Below, piece by piece: positions 48,173 to 59,628 of a stretch of DNA of 64,000 bases (position 1 is the stretch's first letter; every line of letters begins with the position of its first letter). The translations under genes were made by a program, and so were the position numbers. The DNA comes from Lama guanicoe (lineage: Eukaryota), in NCBI GenBank assembly GCA_013239625.1, contig MU054117.1, forward strand, positions 806,001-870,000, written 5' to 3'. The notes beneath the pieces were generated by a model. The model was not told where the DNA came from, searched no databases, and was given only the letters and a program-made list of their open reading frames with translations.

Positions 48173-48305
48173 TGTGTTTGTGTGCGTGCACGTGTGCGTG
48201 TGTGCGTGCATGCATGCCCACGCACACGTGCACACACACACATGGACAGGTCCATGCACACAGAGACGTGCACACACGTGCACAGACAGGTCCACACACG
48301 CATGC
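48173..48305. repeat. Degenerate (TG)n/(CA)n alternating purine-pyrimidine tract containing an inverted repeat
   Basis: Read directly; a 15-bp perfect inverted repeat at 48186-48200 / 48219-48233. Confidence 0.9.
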
Positions 48306-48769
48306 TCACAGGCACCCCCCCAAGCTTTCTCAGAAGGTCACGCTGGCAAGAAGACGTCTCAGGCGAGGGGGATCTGCACATGGAGAAAGGGGGAAGAAAC
48401 ACACCAGCGCAGCTCAGGGCCCCTCATGACAACCCTCTGAGCTCCGCCCGAAGAGGAGACAGAAAAGGTGATGACGGGGCAAACGCGGACTCGTGCCGGG
48501 GGATCGTCTCCGTGTGGAGCAGAGGCACCTCCCTGAGAGGGGCTCAGGGACGCGCAGTGGGGAGGGCCACCTCCACGGACGGGACCTCCGTGGGTTCCTT
48601 CTTGGCCAAACTCTCTACACCTGCTCTGCTCACTGGCCTTGGGCGCTTGCCCCAGAGCTAGAAGGGCAGGTGGGAACAGGGCAGGTGGAGACAGGGGCAC
48701 GGACGGCGCAGGTGGCACGAGTGAGGAGGCCGTGGCGGCATTACCATGACGCGCGTCATGAGTACTCAC

Positions 48770-48933
48770 CGTGTCCCTGGCGCTGGGCTGGCCACCAGGG
48801 CCACGACGGTGATACCTGGGGTGGAGGGGGCCAAGGGCAGAGCAGCCGAGGCGGCCCCCTGACGGAGGGGTCCGAGGAGGACACAGCAGCCCAGAGGAGG
48901 AGGGGGCAGGATGTGGGCAAGGAGGAGATGGTC
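48770..48933 (-). other. Candidate spliced exon (164 nt), product unknown
   Basis: Acceptor cctttcctccagctcccttcccccgtctgcAG and donor ACG|GTGAGT; no homology recognised. Confidence 0.35.
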
Positions 48934-48985
48934 CTGCAGACGGGGGAAGGGAGCTGGAGGAAAGGCTGAGCAGGCACCCCGGGCA

Positions 48986-49050
48986 AGTGCGTGCGTGTGC
49001 GTGTGCGTGTGCGAGTGCACGCGTGTGGACGAGTGCTTGTGTGTGTGTCT
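48986..49050. repeat. Degenerate (TG/CG)n microsatellite
   Basis: GTGCGTGCGTGTGCGTGTGCGTGTGCGAGTGCACGCGTGTG...GTGTGTGTGT. Confidence 0.85.
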
Positions 49051-50344
49051 CGGGGGGTGATATGCAGGGAGAGACAGACACACCACGTGGATGATGGACG
49101 ATCTGGACTTGATCACCTGACTTGAACCCCAGCCCCCCTTGGGGACCCTGGGAAGTGACTGCTTTCTGCTTCCACGTCCCCGTCCTGAGGCAGGAGGTAT
49201 GTGTCGGCCGGCCAAGCGGGGGCCTGTCAAGGTCGTTCCACAGCACGGACTTCGGAGAGGAAAATTTCCGCCCCGCCCACCTCGGAGTGCAGGGACCAGC
49301 GCTCCTGGAGGCCCCAGACCCAGCGGAGCCAGGAGCGAGCGCCCCACGCTGTTAGCGTTGTGGGCAACGATGCCCTAATGATTCAATTAGCGGCAGCAAC
49401 ACTTCCCGGCGGATCCACGGCTCAGCGCTCGCTGCCGACGGACTCAGTTCCTCCAGCAACAGAGCAGCTTGCAGGGAACAGGCTCCTTTCTTCACAGTCA
49501 CTTTTCAAAACACTTCCATTCTCACTTGCCTCATTTTCCACTTCCTTCCCATCCCCCGAGGTCACGAGGACCCCTCGCCAGCCCCCTCACACGCCCATGG
49601 TGCGGCTGGGTCCTCCCTGCCCCCTGTCTGGGCATCCTCGGGCCTTACCGCCCCCCACAGGTGCTCGGGGCTGCGGCCAGAGGAGCAGATGGGCACGGCC
49701 GCTGAGCCTCGGCGAACGGAGCCGGCACACGGCCGCCGTGGAGCCGGCCCAGGCGAGACCGCTGCGGGAGGCTCTCTGAAAATCTGCCCTGGCAACACCA
49801 CTAAGGTCGGAGTCAGGCAGCGTGTGCAGGGGTGCAGTCGGGGCCTGGCGGCCGAGAAGAGGGCCGGTCAGAGATGGGGAGGAGGCTGAAACCTCCTGCC
49901 AGGCAGGATCAGGGGGCTTCCCAGGGAGGGGGCTGCAGCCCACGGAGCTGGGAGTGTCCCTGGGCGGACACAGCTCCTGCAACCGCAGGACAGGGCCCTC
50001 CGCGGGCCCCGTGGTACCTCTTCTGATGCTGACTCCCAGCCCACATCCCCCCCGTGCCCAGCTGGGCCCCCCAAGAGCCCTCTCATGATGAAATGAGCTG
50101 TGGGGGATGCGTGTGCGATGTCGCCCTGGAGACGCATCCCCACACGGCAGCCCTGGTGGTGGGGCCAAGAGGGGCGCTCAGGCGGAGCCCCTCCACACGG
50201 CTCTACCAGACTCCACCGGCCCCTCTGGCCCCACAGTGCTTTCCCACCGGACGCTGGGGCAGAACTAGAGGCGGCAGCAGTGACGTGTAGGACGTGAGGA
50301 AGGGCACTGTGACAGGGGCGACACCAGCTAAATGGCCCCCATGT

Positions 50345-50490
50345 GTCACGTCACACAGGCCCCTCACCAGCCGTCCAGAACGAGCACCCCCACCTCACAG
50401 GTGAAGAGACTGAGGGTCAGAGTGGTTATGCCATTGAGCAAAGAGACCGAGCAAGCAGCAGGGCTAAGCCCGTGAGGACGAGACTCCGCC
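50345..50490 (-). mobile_element. MIR fragment
   Basis: CCCCCACCTCACAGGTGAAGAGACTGAGGGTCAGAG. Confidence 0.75.
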
Positions 50491-52311
50491 TCCAAGACCT
50501 CGGTCAGGGCCTCACAACCTCTCTGCGTCTCCAGCTCCCGCATCCCGGCCACTGCAGCGAGGTTTTCTCCTGCCTTCACCGCCCCTTCACCACCGCCTAC
50601 AAGTCCAGCCTTCTATCCTCTTCTCAGAGAAGAGGAAGGTGGGCACAGTGACCTTTCACCCAAAGGACAGAGAAACCCGGACCCCTCCCCTCCCCGAGAC
50701 AGGCCGGCCCCTCCTCTTCCCGATCACCTCCTGAGCACTGACCCCCTCTTGGGCCCCTCCCAAGCCTGCTCTGCGTTGCCTTGCCCTCCAAGTTCCCATC
50801 AGAGCTCCCTGCTGGTTCTGACTCACGAGGGAGCCAGACGGACCGGTTCCCTCCCTGTTTCCCCGTAACATTCAGTGTGACCCGGGTGGCATTCCCACCG
50901 TTCCTCCCCACTCCCCACACCTTTCACCCTTCACCACTGAAGCCAGAGAGCGGATCGTGAGAAACGTCGGGGTCTGCAGCCCCCAAGCTGCACTCGAGGC
51001 AGGAGCGGGAGAGGCAGTCTGTGGCCGGGCTCCAGTGCTTCCTCGATTCAGTACCAGTCTGTCTGTGGTCCAGCGCCAGTGTTTCTGTGTTAGGAGCACG
51101 TCCAGACCAGCTGGCTACCTAGCTGCTCCTTCCCGGGAGATGCTCCCTGGCTCGCACGCGCTCAGGCTCACTACCCATGCTGGTGGCGCTGGGGGGACCA
51201 TGCCACATGCAGGAGCCTCGCTCCCAAACCTGCCTCTGTCGCCCTTGAGGGTGAAGACTGAACACGGAGTCCCTGGAAGGAAGCAGCAAATCGTTGGGCT
51301 TCCACGTCGAGCTGCACAAACGGGCACGTGGACAGGAGCGGCCGTCAGCACTGCATTTATTAACGGCCTGTCTTCAGCGTTAAAACCCACCGCCGCCCCT
51401 CCCCTGCAGGTCACGTGATCTGGGGCACGGGGTCCACGCAGAGGCTGGGAGGGCGGAGGGACGCTGCGTGGCTCTTGATCTGGACCGACAGCAAACCTGC
51501 CCACTCGTGCTGCACGAGGGGTGCTGTTTCCTGCAGCTCGGCCCAGCGTGAGAACCGTGCTGTTTGCTGACACGGGTTTCCTGCAGCTCAGACAGAAAAC
51601 GAGGAGTGAGGTGAGGCTGAAACCCTCGTCTGGACCCGGTGCTTCCTCCGGTCACGTCTTGGCAGAGCACCATCCCTGAAAATGAGACTCTGCGGGAGGC
51701 AGGAAGGCCCGTCTTCCCTTCCCAGTTGGAAGTGTCTCAAAAGAGGTGGGCCAGCCCGCTGAAGCGGGGAGGAGCCTTTCAAGGGGTCACGCGGCCAGCT
51801 AGCGCCCGAGCCCACGTCTCCTTCCACCAAACAGCAGTCCCAGAGCCACACGGGTCCCCACGGCCCAGTCTGGCTGCTCTCAGCTCAGCTCATCATCCCG
51901 TCACCTCCTGGGTCTCAACGCGGAGCTGCAGGGTGCTTCTCCGGTGACGTCATCCGGATGAGGAGGACCAAGTGGACCCACACCATCGTCCCTGAGCGAC
52001 CTGGGGAGGGGTGGGGGCGCCGCGAGGAGGCGGGGCTGGTCCAAGCGGCAGGAAGCAGCTTCTGCTTTAATTCATGGTAAAAGCCCCAGATCCAGAACGT
52101 TCCACACACTGGGATCAGGGCCCCCAAGGCCACCATGGGGGGGTCCGGTCTGCCAGCCCCCTCCCTACTGGATCTGCCACACGCCCCAGACCAGCAGAAC
52201 GCAGACAAACCAGAAAATGGACACGTTAACACGGCACGACTCGGAGGTGGTTTCCACCAAAACTCAAAGCAGAAGCACAGGAGGAGCGCCACACACTGCA
52301 GCGTTCTCCTG

Positions 52312-52353
52312 GCGCTGGACGCTGCGCTGGACGCTGCGCTGGATGCTGTGGAC
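52312..52353. repeat. 12-bp tandem repeat GCGCTGGACGCT x ~3.5
   Basis: Read directly. Confidence 0.85.
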
Positions 52354-52549
52354 ACCCTGGGGCCAGCGTCGAGGTCCCAGGGAGGGAGCAGCTTCCGAGG
52401 GCCTGGCATCTTCAGAGCGAGGGGAAGGCCGCTCCCGCGGGGGTGAGGATGGCACAGCCCCGGGGGGGCAGGGCGCCACGGCCCCCCATCTCTGGGAGAG
52501 CAACTTGGGTCACTTCAACGACCGGCTCCGCTCAGGCCGGGCACCCTCG

Positions 52550-52579
52550 CCAATCAGAGGGCACGGTTACCATGGCGAC
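52550..52579. promoter_or_regulatory. CCAAT box plus RFX X-box module
   Basis: CCAATCAG at 52550 and GTTACCATGGCGAC at 52566-52579, close to the palindromic RFX consensus GTTRCCATGGYAAC. Confidence 0.6.
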
Positions 52580-52744
52580 GGCCTTTGTGACAGAATCTGA
52601 CTTGCTGTCTGATCCCTGTGCACTGACTGCCAGGGTGTGGTTGGGAGACGTGTAGACAAAGGAGACTCAAAAAAATTAGGATGGAAACTAGCCCAGAAGC
52701 GCTAAGTTCAGCCCAAGAACCGGAGAAAGACGCTTGGCTGAGAC

Positions 52745-52880
52745 GCCGGCCGCACGTCATCTGGGAGCGTGTCGGAGACGCGACTCAGGCCCCATCCTAG
52801 ACCAGCTGGGCCAGAATCTACGTTTACCGAGGTCCCCGGCGACCCGTACGCAAATTCAAGCTTGACAGGCACGTCCTTAG
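52745..52880. mobile_element. MER5-like element
   Basis: TCATCTGGGAGCGTGTCGGAGACGCGACTCAGGCCCCATCCTAGACC..CAGAATCTACGTTTACCGAGGTCCCC. Confidence 0.7.
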
Positions 52881-52974
52881 GGACGCTGAATCCCGCTCTG
52901 CAAACCCATGGGGCCGGGACGGGGGACCCAGTGAAGCCGGCGGCCACTCGTGCCCTCGCTGTGGAAGCAGACGT

Positions 52975-53130
52975 CGTGAGCAGCTGTGCCCACCGCGCAG
53001 TGCCCCGGCGTCCTCATCTGTAAGACAGGGTGACAGCAGTGCCTGCCTCAGGGGTCCTGAGGGCCCCGAAGAGCAAATACACGTGAAGTTCTCAGGACAG
53101 CGCCCGGCGCGCAGAGACTACTGTGCACGG
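52975..53130 (+). mobile_element. MIR fragment, GC-shifted
   Basis: TCCTCATCTGTAAGACAGGGTGACAGCAGTGCCTGCCTCAGGGG...ATACACGTGAAGTTCTCAGGACAGCGCCCGGC. Confidence 0.85.
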
Positions 53131-55559
53131 TCTAGGCGGCTGGGCGTCAGGATGGGCGTGAGCCAGAATGGTGGAGCGGAGCCGGAGGCGGCGTCTGCAC
53201 CGGCTGTGCACCCAGCGGCCTCTGCTCAGCCTGAGAGACACGCCTTTGTCAATCACCCCTCCTCTGTCCCCTCCCCACCCCACCTGACACAGTGCCCAAG
53301 GAGCCCCGCAGACAGAATCGGGAGTCCGACGCTTCACCTGGTCCCGGTCTGAGCATAGCCCCCCACCAGGCAGGCGCATCCTACAGGCAGTGCGGGGGGA
53401 CGGCCCGCCAGCAACTGCACCATCTCCTGACCCCCTACCAGAGAAAAAGCCTTCGAAATAAGCCAGCAATTTAAAACCCCTAACCCATGACGCCCTGGGC
53501 AGAACAATTAGCCCGAGGTGCTCCAGCCCTCGGCAGCCCCTGCAGCGCGCGGCGTCAGGTTGGTGCCCTGCCCAGCGGCCGAGCCGGTGAGGACGGAGCA
53601 GACCGGCCTGGAGCCGGGCCAAGCCACTTCCCCGACTGCGCAGCTCCAGGGTCAGCGCCCCCTTGCCCAGCGCAGAGTGAATCAGGGGTTTCTGGGGAGT
53701 CGGAATTCCGAGCAGTAGGGAAAGGAGGAAAAGAAGAAGCAAGGACAACAGCCTGGGGCCTCGAACGGCGTCTCCTCTGTGTCCCCGCCTCGGGAACGGC
53801 TGGAGAGGGGCAAGCACTGCCTGGGGAACCAGCGTAGGGACCACCAGGACCCTGCCCGGGAGACAGGAGGGCGGCCCCAATCCCACCCAGGCCGCGGCCC
53901 ACGGCGCGGGGCACCGAGAGGCCACCTTCCAGGGACGTCAGGCGCCGCGGGTGTCAGACTGTCAGCGAGCCCCACCCACAGCCTTCTGGCCCTTCCGTCA
54001 CTCAGCCTCCCTCCTGCGAGGGGGCCCCCGCCCCCCTCACCAAGCCACGCTCTCCATCACTTTTCACTGGACTGCTTGGGCCAGCAGGTCAGCGCGGTTA
54101 CAATTCTCAAGGGCAGAGCTCTGCACACGCGCAGGGCGGGGCCCACGAGGCTCCTCTCTAAACTGGATTCCCCGTGTTAACACACACGGAGCACTGCTGT
54201 GAAAAGCACCAAGGAAACCCCAATTCAGGCCCTGGGATCCAGCAGCCCGGGTCGTCTCCCAGGCCCAAGGCCGGACGACCGCTTGGTGAGTGGCCCCGGG
54301 GCTGAGGACCGTCCACCCAGCTCTGGTACGCGTGGCAACACTCTCAGGTGCCTGGGCCCCTCAGGACTGTTCGAGGCAGACGCAGGTGACGCCCCCGCCC
54401 TCACTTCTCACCCAAGTGCACGCCACCAAGCTGCCCACTGCCCCACGGGCTCCCTCCTCCCAGGAACGGGCAGGGCAGCAAGTCGGCCACAGGAGCGCAC
54501 GTCGCACTTGGCCAGTGACACGGAAGACGGATAATCGGGAGGTGCCAGAGGGCACCAGCAGGAAGGGCGACCCGCCTGCAGGACTTCCCAGCGTTCCCGC
54601 CTTCCCCACAGACGCTCCCTGACGACTGACTTGTCGGAAGGGTAGGCCGTCCAACGGGCAGAGTCCCCGTCACGGGGACACGCTCCTGGGCAGTGACCAG
54701 GACACTCAGTCCATCGAAGCTCGGGAAGTTCCAGGAAATGCTAGCAACCGGCCTGAGCGGGAAGCACGGGAAAAAGGCGGATAGTGTTGTCAGACAGGAG
54801 ACAGAAGAGCGGGGATGGGGAGGGCACGTGCCAGGGAGCTGGACTCCCACCACTGCCAACCTGCTGCCACCGGGACCCAGGGCCGCCTCGGCGTGCAGTG
54901 GGGTTGAAGTCCAGCAGCAGAGCCTAGAAAACGCGCGTCTGCCGAGGGATCCCTTTGGGGCCTGAGCGCAGTGTGGAGAGGGGCGCTCCCCCCCCCACGC
55001 CCACCCCACGCCCACCCCGCGGTGAGGGGGCGCCCTGGACGTGGAGCCCTGAGCCTGCAGCAAACTCCTCCCTCCTCCCTTCACGTGCTTGAGGGAGCAG
55101 TTAGACTCCAAAGGTCTTTTCAGGCCAGAGAAAACGCCTCCAGCTCCCCAGCACGAGGCCTGCGGGAGTCCCCCACCTGCCCGTCAGAGCCAAGCTGGGG
55201 GCAAAGGTCTCAATGGCGCCAAGAGGCCCTGGGCCGGGAACAGCCTCTTCACAGGCTACCAGCCCCTGCATCTACAATCAAAATCAAAACTCCCCAGGCT
55301 GACTGTGCAAGGCTGCAGAATGCTGAGAACTCTGAGATGAGTTCTCCTCATCGGCAATGACCAAGAAGAGTCCCGTCTCCGAGGTCTGACGGAGGAGCAG
55401 AGCTCCCCCCAGGGCAAACCCGGGCCCATCGCCAGGCCGGGCGCAGGTGACTGAGAGAGTAACATGGACTCACGGCCACAGTTCAACAGAATTTTAAACT
55501 GCCGCCAGACGGGTCCCGTGGACACGGCGACAGGTTCTTCAGGCTTAAAGTGGCAGGGT

Positions 55560-56728
55560 CACCACGTGTTACAGACAAGAGACGGAGCCGGTTGACCCAC
55601 ACACAGCACAGACGGACACACTGCCTCCTTCGGGAAGGAAAGACCGACCTCAGAGAGCCAGGGGACAGCAGTACGTGCACCTGCGCCCGGACGCTGGGTG
55701 TTAAACACCTCTCTCCTAGAAAAGGAACCAGGCCCCGTGCAGAGGCGTTTCATTTCAGGGCTCGAGCAGGGGAAATTCAAGATGATCTCGGAGCATCTTG
55801 TGGCCCGAAAGCAAGAAAACGCTTGAGGGAGGAGGAGGCACGTGGGAGGGCACAGGAGCTGACCTGAGAGACCCCCCCCCGACGGCCACAAATGAACGGC
55901 GACGACAGACAGGCACAGAGGTCCTGGGTCACAGCCCATAGGACAAGCTGAGCAGGCGAGGGACACAGACTCGTTGCTGAATAAAGATGCACTGGGGGCG
56001 GAGAGACAGCTCTTCCAGACAGAAGAACTCCGGTAACAGACGTGGAGGGAAGGGGCCCAGAGGAAACGCCACGAGGCTCACGCCAGGGCTGCTGCTGCAG
56101 GGGTCTCCCCCAGTGGGTGCTCAGCTGGGAGCAAAAGCTTATGAAACAGGATGTCTGCATCATCTCAAAATACCTCCCCCAGATGACTTATTAATTAGCA
56201 CTGGGGAGATGGCAGCCTTACAGTCAAGAAACTCAACAGACACCACCTTCACTGAGGGATGAAAACTAACAGCGCCAGGAAGCAGGCGCAGTGATGTTTG
56301 TCCCGACAGGATAGGTCACGAGGGGTGCGTGGCGTCTGCGACACTCAGAAGCGATGTGTGTATTCAATAAGCAAAGGTGCAGGACTCCGCCTAATCGCGA
56401 CGGCCTTCAGACAGACCCACGGCAAGTGGCATCATCAAAGTAACGGCCGTGCTCTGCGAGTGCCCAAGGCAGGCCACGCCAGGAAAGCCTGGGGCAGGCA
56501 GACGGAATGACTAAACGCCACGTGGGGCCCCCGATCAGATCCTGGGCCAGAAAACGCACGTAGGTGGGGAAGCTGGTGAACTCCAGATGAAGTCTCTGCG
56601 GAACCGAAGGCACTGCACCGACGGGAACTTCTCACTTTTAATCATCGTGTTATGATCGTAGGAGATGCTAATTAGAGGGAGCTGAGGGTTCCTCAGCACC
56701 ATTTTCAGCTTTCATGGGAGCCTAAAAT
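55560..56728 (+). mobile_element. L1MC4/5-like 3' UTR
   Basis: AAAAGGAACCAGGCCCC...TTTCAGGGCTCGAGCAGGGGAAATTCAAGATGA..GAGCATCTTGTGG...CATCTCAAAATACCTCCCC...GGAGATGCTAATTAGAGGGAGCTG. Confidence 0.75.
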
Positions 56729-56886
56729 NNNNNNNNNNNNNNNNNNNNNNNNNNNNNNNNNNNNNNNNNNNNNNNNNNNNNNNNNNNNNNNNNNNNNNNN
56801 NNNNNNNNNNNNNNNNNNNNNNNNNNNNNNNNNNNNNNNNNNNNNNNNNNNNNNNNNNNNNNNNNNNNNNNNNNNNNNNNNNNNNN
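56729..56886. other. Assembly gap (N run)
   Basis: N bases. Confidence 1.
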
Positions 56887-57528
56887 GTGTTCGTGGTTGC
56901 CCTACGTTCCATCCTGAGCTTCGACCTCGCCGTGGACTGGTAACTGCGCTCCTGGCTAGGGACCACGTTTTGAGCAGCACGGTGCTAGGTTTTCACAATT
57001 TACCAAAAAGAACAGAATCAAAACCCCTGCTGCTCCCACCTGGTGAGCATCCTGGGTGCTGGGACCCAGTTTCACACCTGGCTGGTGGGTGCGCTGACCG
57101 TGCTCACAAAACGGGGAACCAGGAGCTGATGGTTCCACTCGCTGCTCTGACTTTAAACACAAAATCAAAAACAAACCCTCAGAAGTGTGTTTATGAGCCC
57201 AGGCAGGTCACTTGCCTCTGACCGCCGTTTCCTCGTAATTAAACTGGGAAAGCAGCGTGCCCCCGGGGGCCTCTCCCTTCGGAAGGGGCTGGGAAGGCAC
57301 CTCGGGGTCGGACAGATCCGGCCGCTGCAGCCTCCTGAGCTCAGACGCAAAACGCAGCCCCGAGGGTCCCCGACACCGGTTCACTCATAACCCCAACACC
57401 CAGGAACCCTCCCTCCGCGGCTCCCGGACCCAGACAGCAACCTGCCTCCTGGGGCGCTGGACACACGACCCGGAGCCAGGAGCCCGGAAGCACCCGCATC
57501 CGGAATCATCGGACCGACAGGCCGACAC

Positions 57529-57620
57529 TGAAGAAGAACACGCGCACACGTGCGACTGGGTCACCCTGCTGCACACCCGGAACTAACACAACGCGGCTTC
57601 AATTAAAAAGGAAAAAAAAA
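57529..57620 (+). mobile_element. Short L1 3' terminus with A-tail, strongly GC-shifted
   Basis: GACTGGGTCACCCTGCTGCACACCCGGAACTAACACAAC..CTTCAATTAAAAA versus recalled AACTGAATCACTTTGCTGTACACCAGAAACTAACACAAC. Confidence 0.85.
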
Positions 57621-57789
57621 TCACCAGATCAAGGCAGCTGTTTGATACTTGAGTGGATGGGACTTAAACTCACATTTTTAAAAATTCCTGCTGTAATCCG
57701 TCCAATTAAAGAAGCCATAGACGGCACACATACTCATGATCGTACGTGCTCATGAGAGAAAAAAACGCTGCCAACTGTTTTGCAACACA

Positions 57790-57870
57790 CCCTCTATCGT
57801 AAAACGCATTCCAATTTTAGAGAAATTAAAATTTAGGGGGAAATGTGTGTCTCAGAATCAAGTGAGTCAA
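57790..57870. mobile_element. TcMar-Tc2 (MER104/Kanga-like) fragment
   Basis: ATCGTAAAACGCATTCCAATTTTAGAGAAATTAAAAT...AAATGTGTGTCTCAGAATC. Confidence 0.55.
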
Positions 57871-58202
57871 TGAAATGCAGCAGGTCAACCCCAACCGTCT
57901 GGCGCTTCCTCGCAGGGGCCGGTGGTCCCCGGCGGTAAAAGGACCTCTGGTCTCTCCTGCCTGGTCAGCACTCTGGCCAGGGTCCTCAGACGGAGAGGCC
58001 TGGGGTCTTCAGGAGGGAGGGAGACGGAGCTGCGGGTGGTGACCCCAGGCACCGGCGCGTCCGGGTGCGTCCCGGGACCGCGTGCGAGCCTCTCGCCAGG
58101 ACAGCATCAGGACTGCCGTCCTGCAGACTCGGGAAGGGTCGAGAACCTGCCAAAGGTTCGTCCAGGGTGGAGCTGGGCTGCAAACCGACCACAGAGCCCA
58201 CA

Positions 58203-58311
58203 GCGTGAGTCACGCCATCGGGAAACCCCTTTAGCAACGCAGACTCCACGCTGAGCACCGAAGTCTCGAAATGCTACCATCCTCGGCAACCCTGACCTGG
58301 ACGCAAGGTCA
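58203..58311. promoter_or_regulatory. Candidate enhancer: AP-1, NF-kB and everted nuclear-receptor repeat
   Basis: TGAGTCA at 58206-58212; GGGAAACCCC at 58220-58229; TGACCT-N7-AGGTCA at 58293-58311. Confidence 0.5.
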
Positions 58312-58408
58312 GTGTCACAAGGATCACGTCTCCAGGAAGCTGGTCTTGGTGGGAGGAGGGGGTGGAAGGACAGGAAGTCCCCGCAAAGTAAGGAAAGGCT
58401 CTCAGAGC

Positions 58409-58427
58409 GGGGGGGGGGGGGGGGGGG
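58409..58427. repeat. Poly-G run (19 G)
   Basis: Read directly. Confidence 0.95.
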
Positions 58428-59628
58428 CGATCGGAGGGAACGCTCGCTCATGGCCTCCTGCACACCCAGCCGCGGCGGCAGCAGGTGGGGCCGTGCCTGC
58501 GTCGGGCCCAGGACGGGTGTATTTTCAAGCCTTTGGCAAGTCCAGGGTCTCCCGCGTGGCCGGGACCAGGAGGCTGCACTTCCTCAAAAACACCCGGGTC
58601 TGTTTTTTCAAATAAGCGAACAGCAGGTGCACACGCGGGTGCCAGCCGTCCAGGCAGACGGTCCTGAGCGGGCTGGGCAGCCCGGCTTGCGGGCCTCTGC
58701 TTTGGCGAGGCCCTCGGACCAGCAGAGAAGAGGGCGGGCGGGGGACATCCCTGACCTCACACCCGGACCAGCCGCAGAAGCAGGACGGTGGGTGGAAGGG
58801 GGCGTTTCCGCGGCTCCAGCCCCGGGGGTCTGCTCGGCCACCAAGGCCCCGGGCTGCCCTCGCCTGCGGGAGCATCCAGTGCGCTTAGGGTGATTGTGGA
58901 AAGGAGACGCCGCCGGGCAGGTTTATAAAGCGGATCATCAGACACGAGCTCGCCGGAGGCACTGAGCGCAGCACGGTGTAGACGCAGGCCTTCCCTCGCG
59001 GCACAAGCCCACAGCACACGACACACTCCGGGCCCAGGAGCTCGTGTCCTCGGAAGGCACGTCCCAGTCCTCGGCCCTGCGACACAGGCCACCCCACCCC
59101 GACGCGGAGGCCGCCAGACTCGGGCCGGTCCACCCGCGGCCAGCGCTGCCACGATTAAAGTCAGCTGGAATGACCAGATTCCTGCCCAGCCCTCGCGTTC
59201 CTGTTTTTCCAACAAAACAGATCTTCCTAAACGTATTTCACGTATCGCTGCAGCCCGGACATCAAACGTCTCCCAGGGTGAAATTAAATACAGCATTTTA
59301 TCTGGAACAGGCCGCCTAACTCGATTTCCCCCAGCACTGACCCGCGGAGACCCGCCCCTTGGTGGCTAACGACGCTGGGCTCCGAGCCGAACTTACAGCC
59401 TCCCTCCAGGCTCCTGAGAACCCCCCGCCTCTCTGCCCCGGTTCAGGCACTTTGCGGGTGGAGAGGCCAGCTCGCCCCTTTGCCTCCTCGGCCTGCAGAG
59501 CCTCTCCAAGGCCCTGGCGAACAGTCCTGCACCGCCGGAAACACAACTTCCTGCAAAAGACGAGTGAGCTGCCACGGCGCGGGCGCCCTAGCCAGGGGAA
59601 GGGGTGGCTCCCATCCGGATGCTGCCAT

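Noticed and set aside
53480-53960. CpG-island promoter
   Set aside because: CpG density is elevated across the whole window, including inside repeats, so it is not diagnostic here. I could not identify a TSS or first exon.
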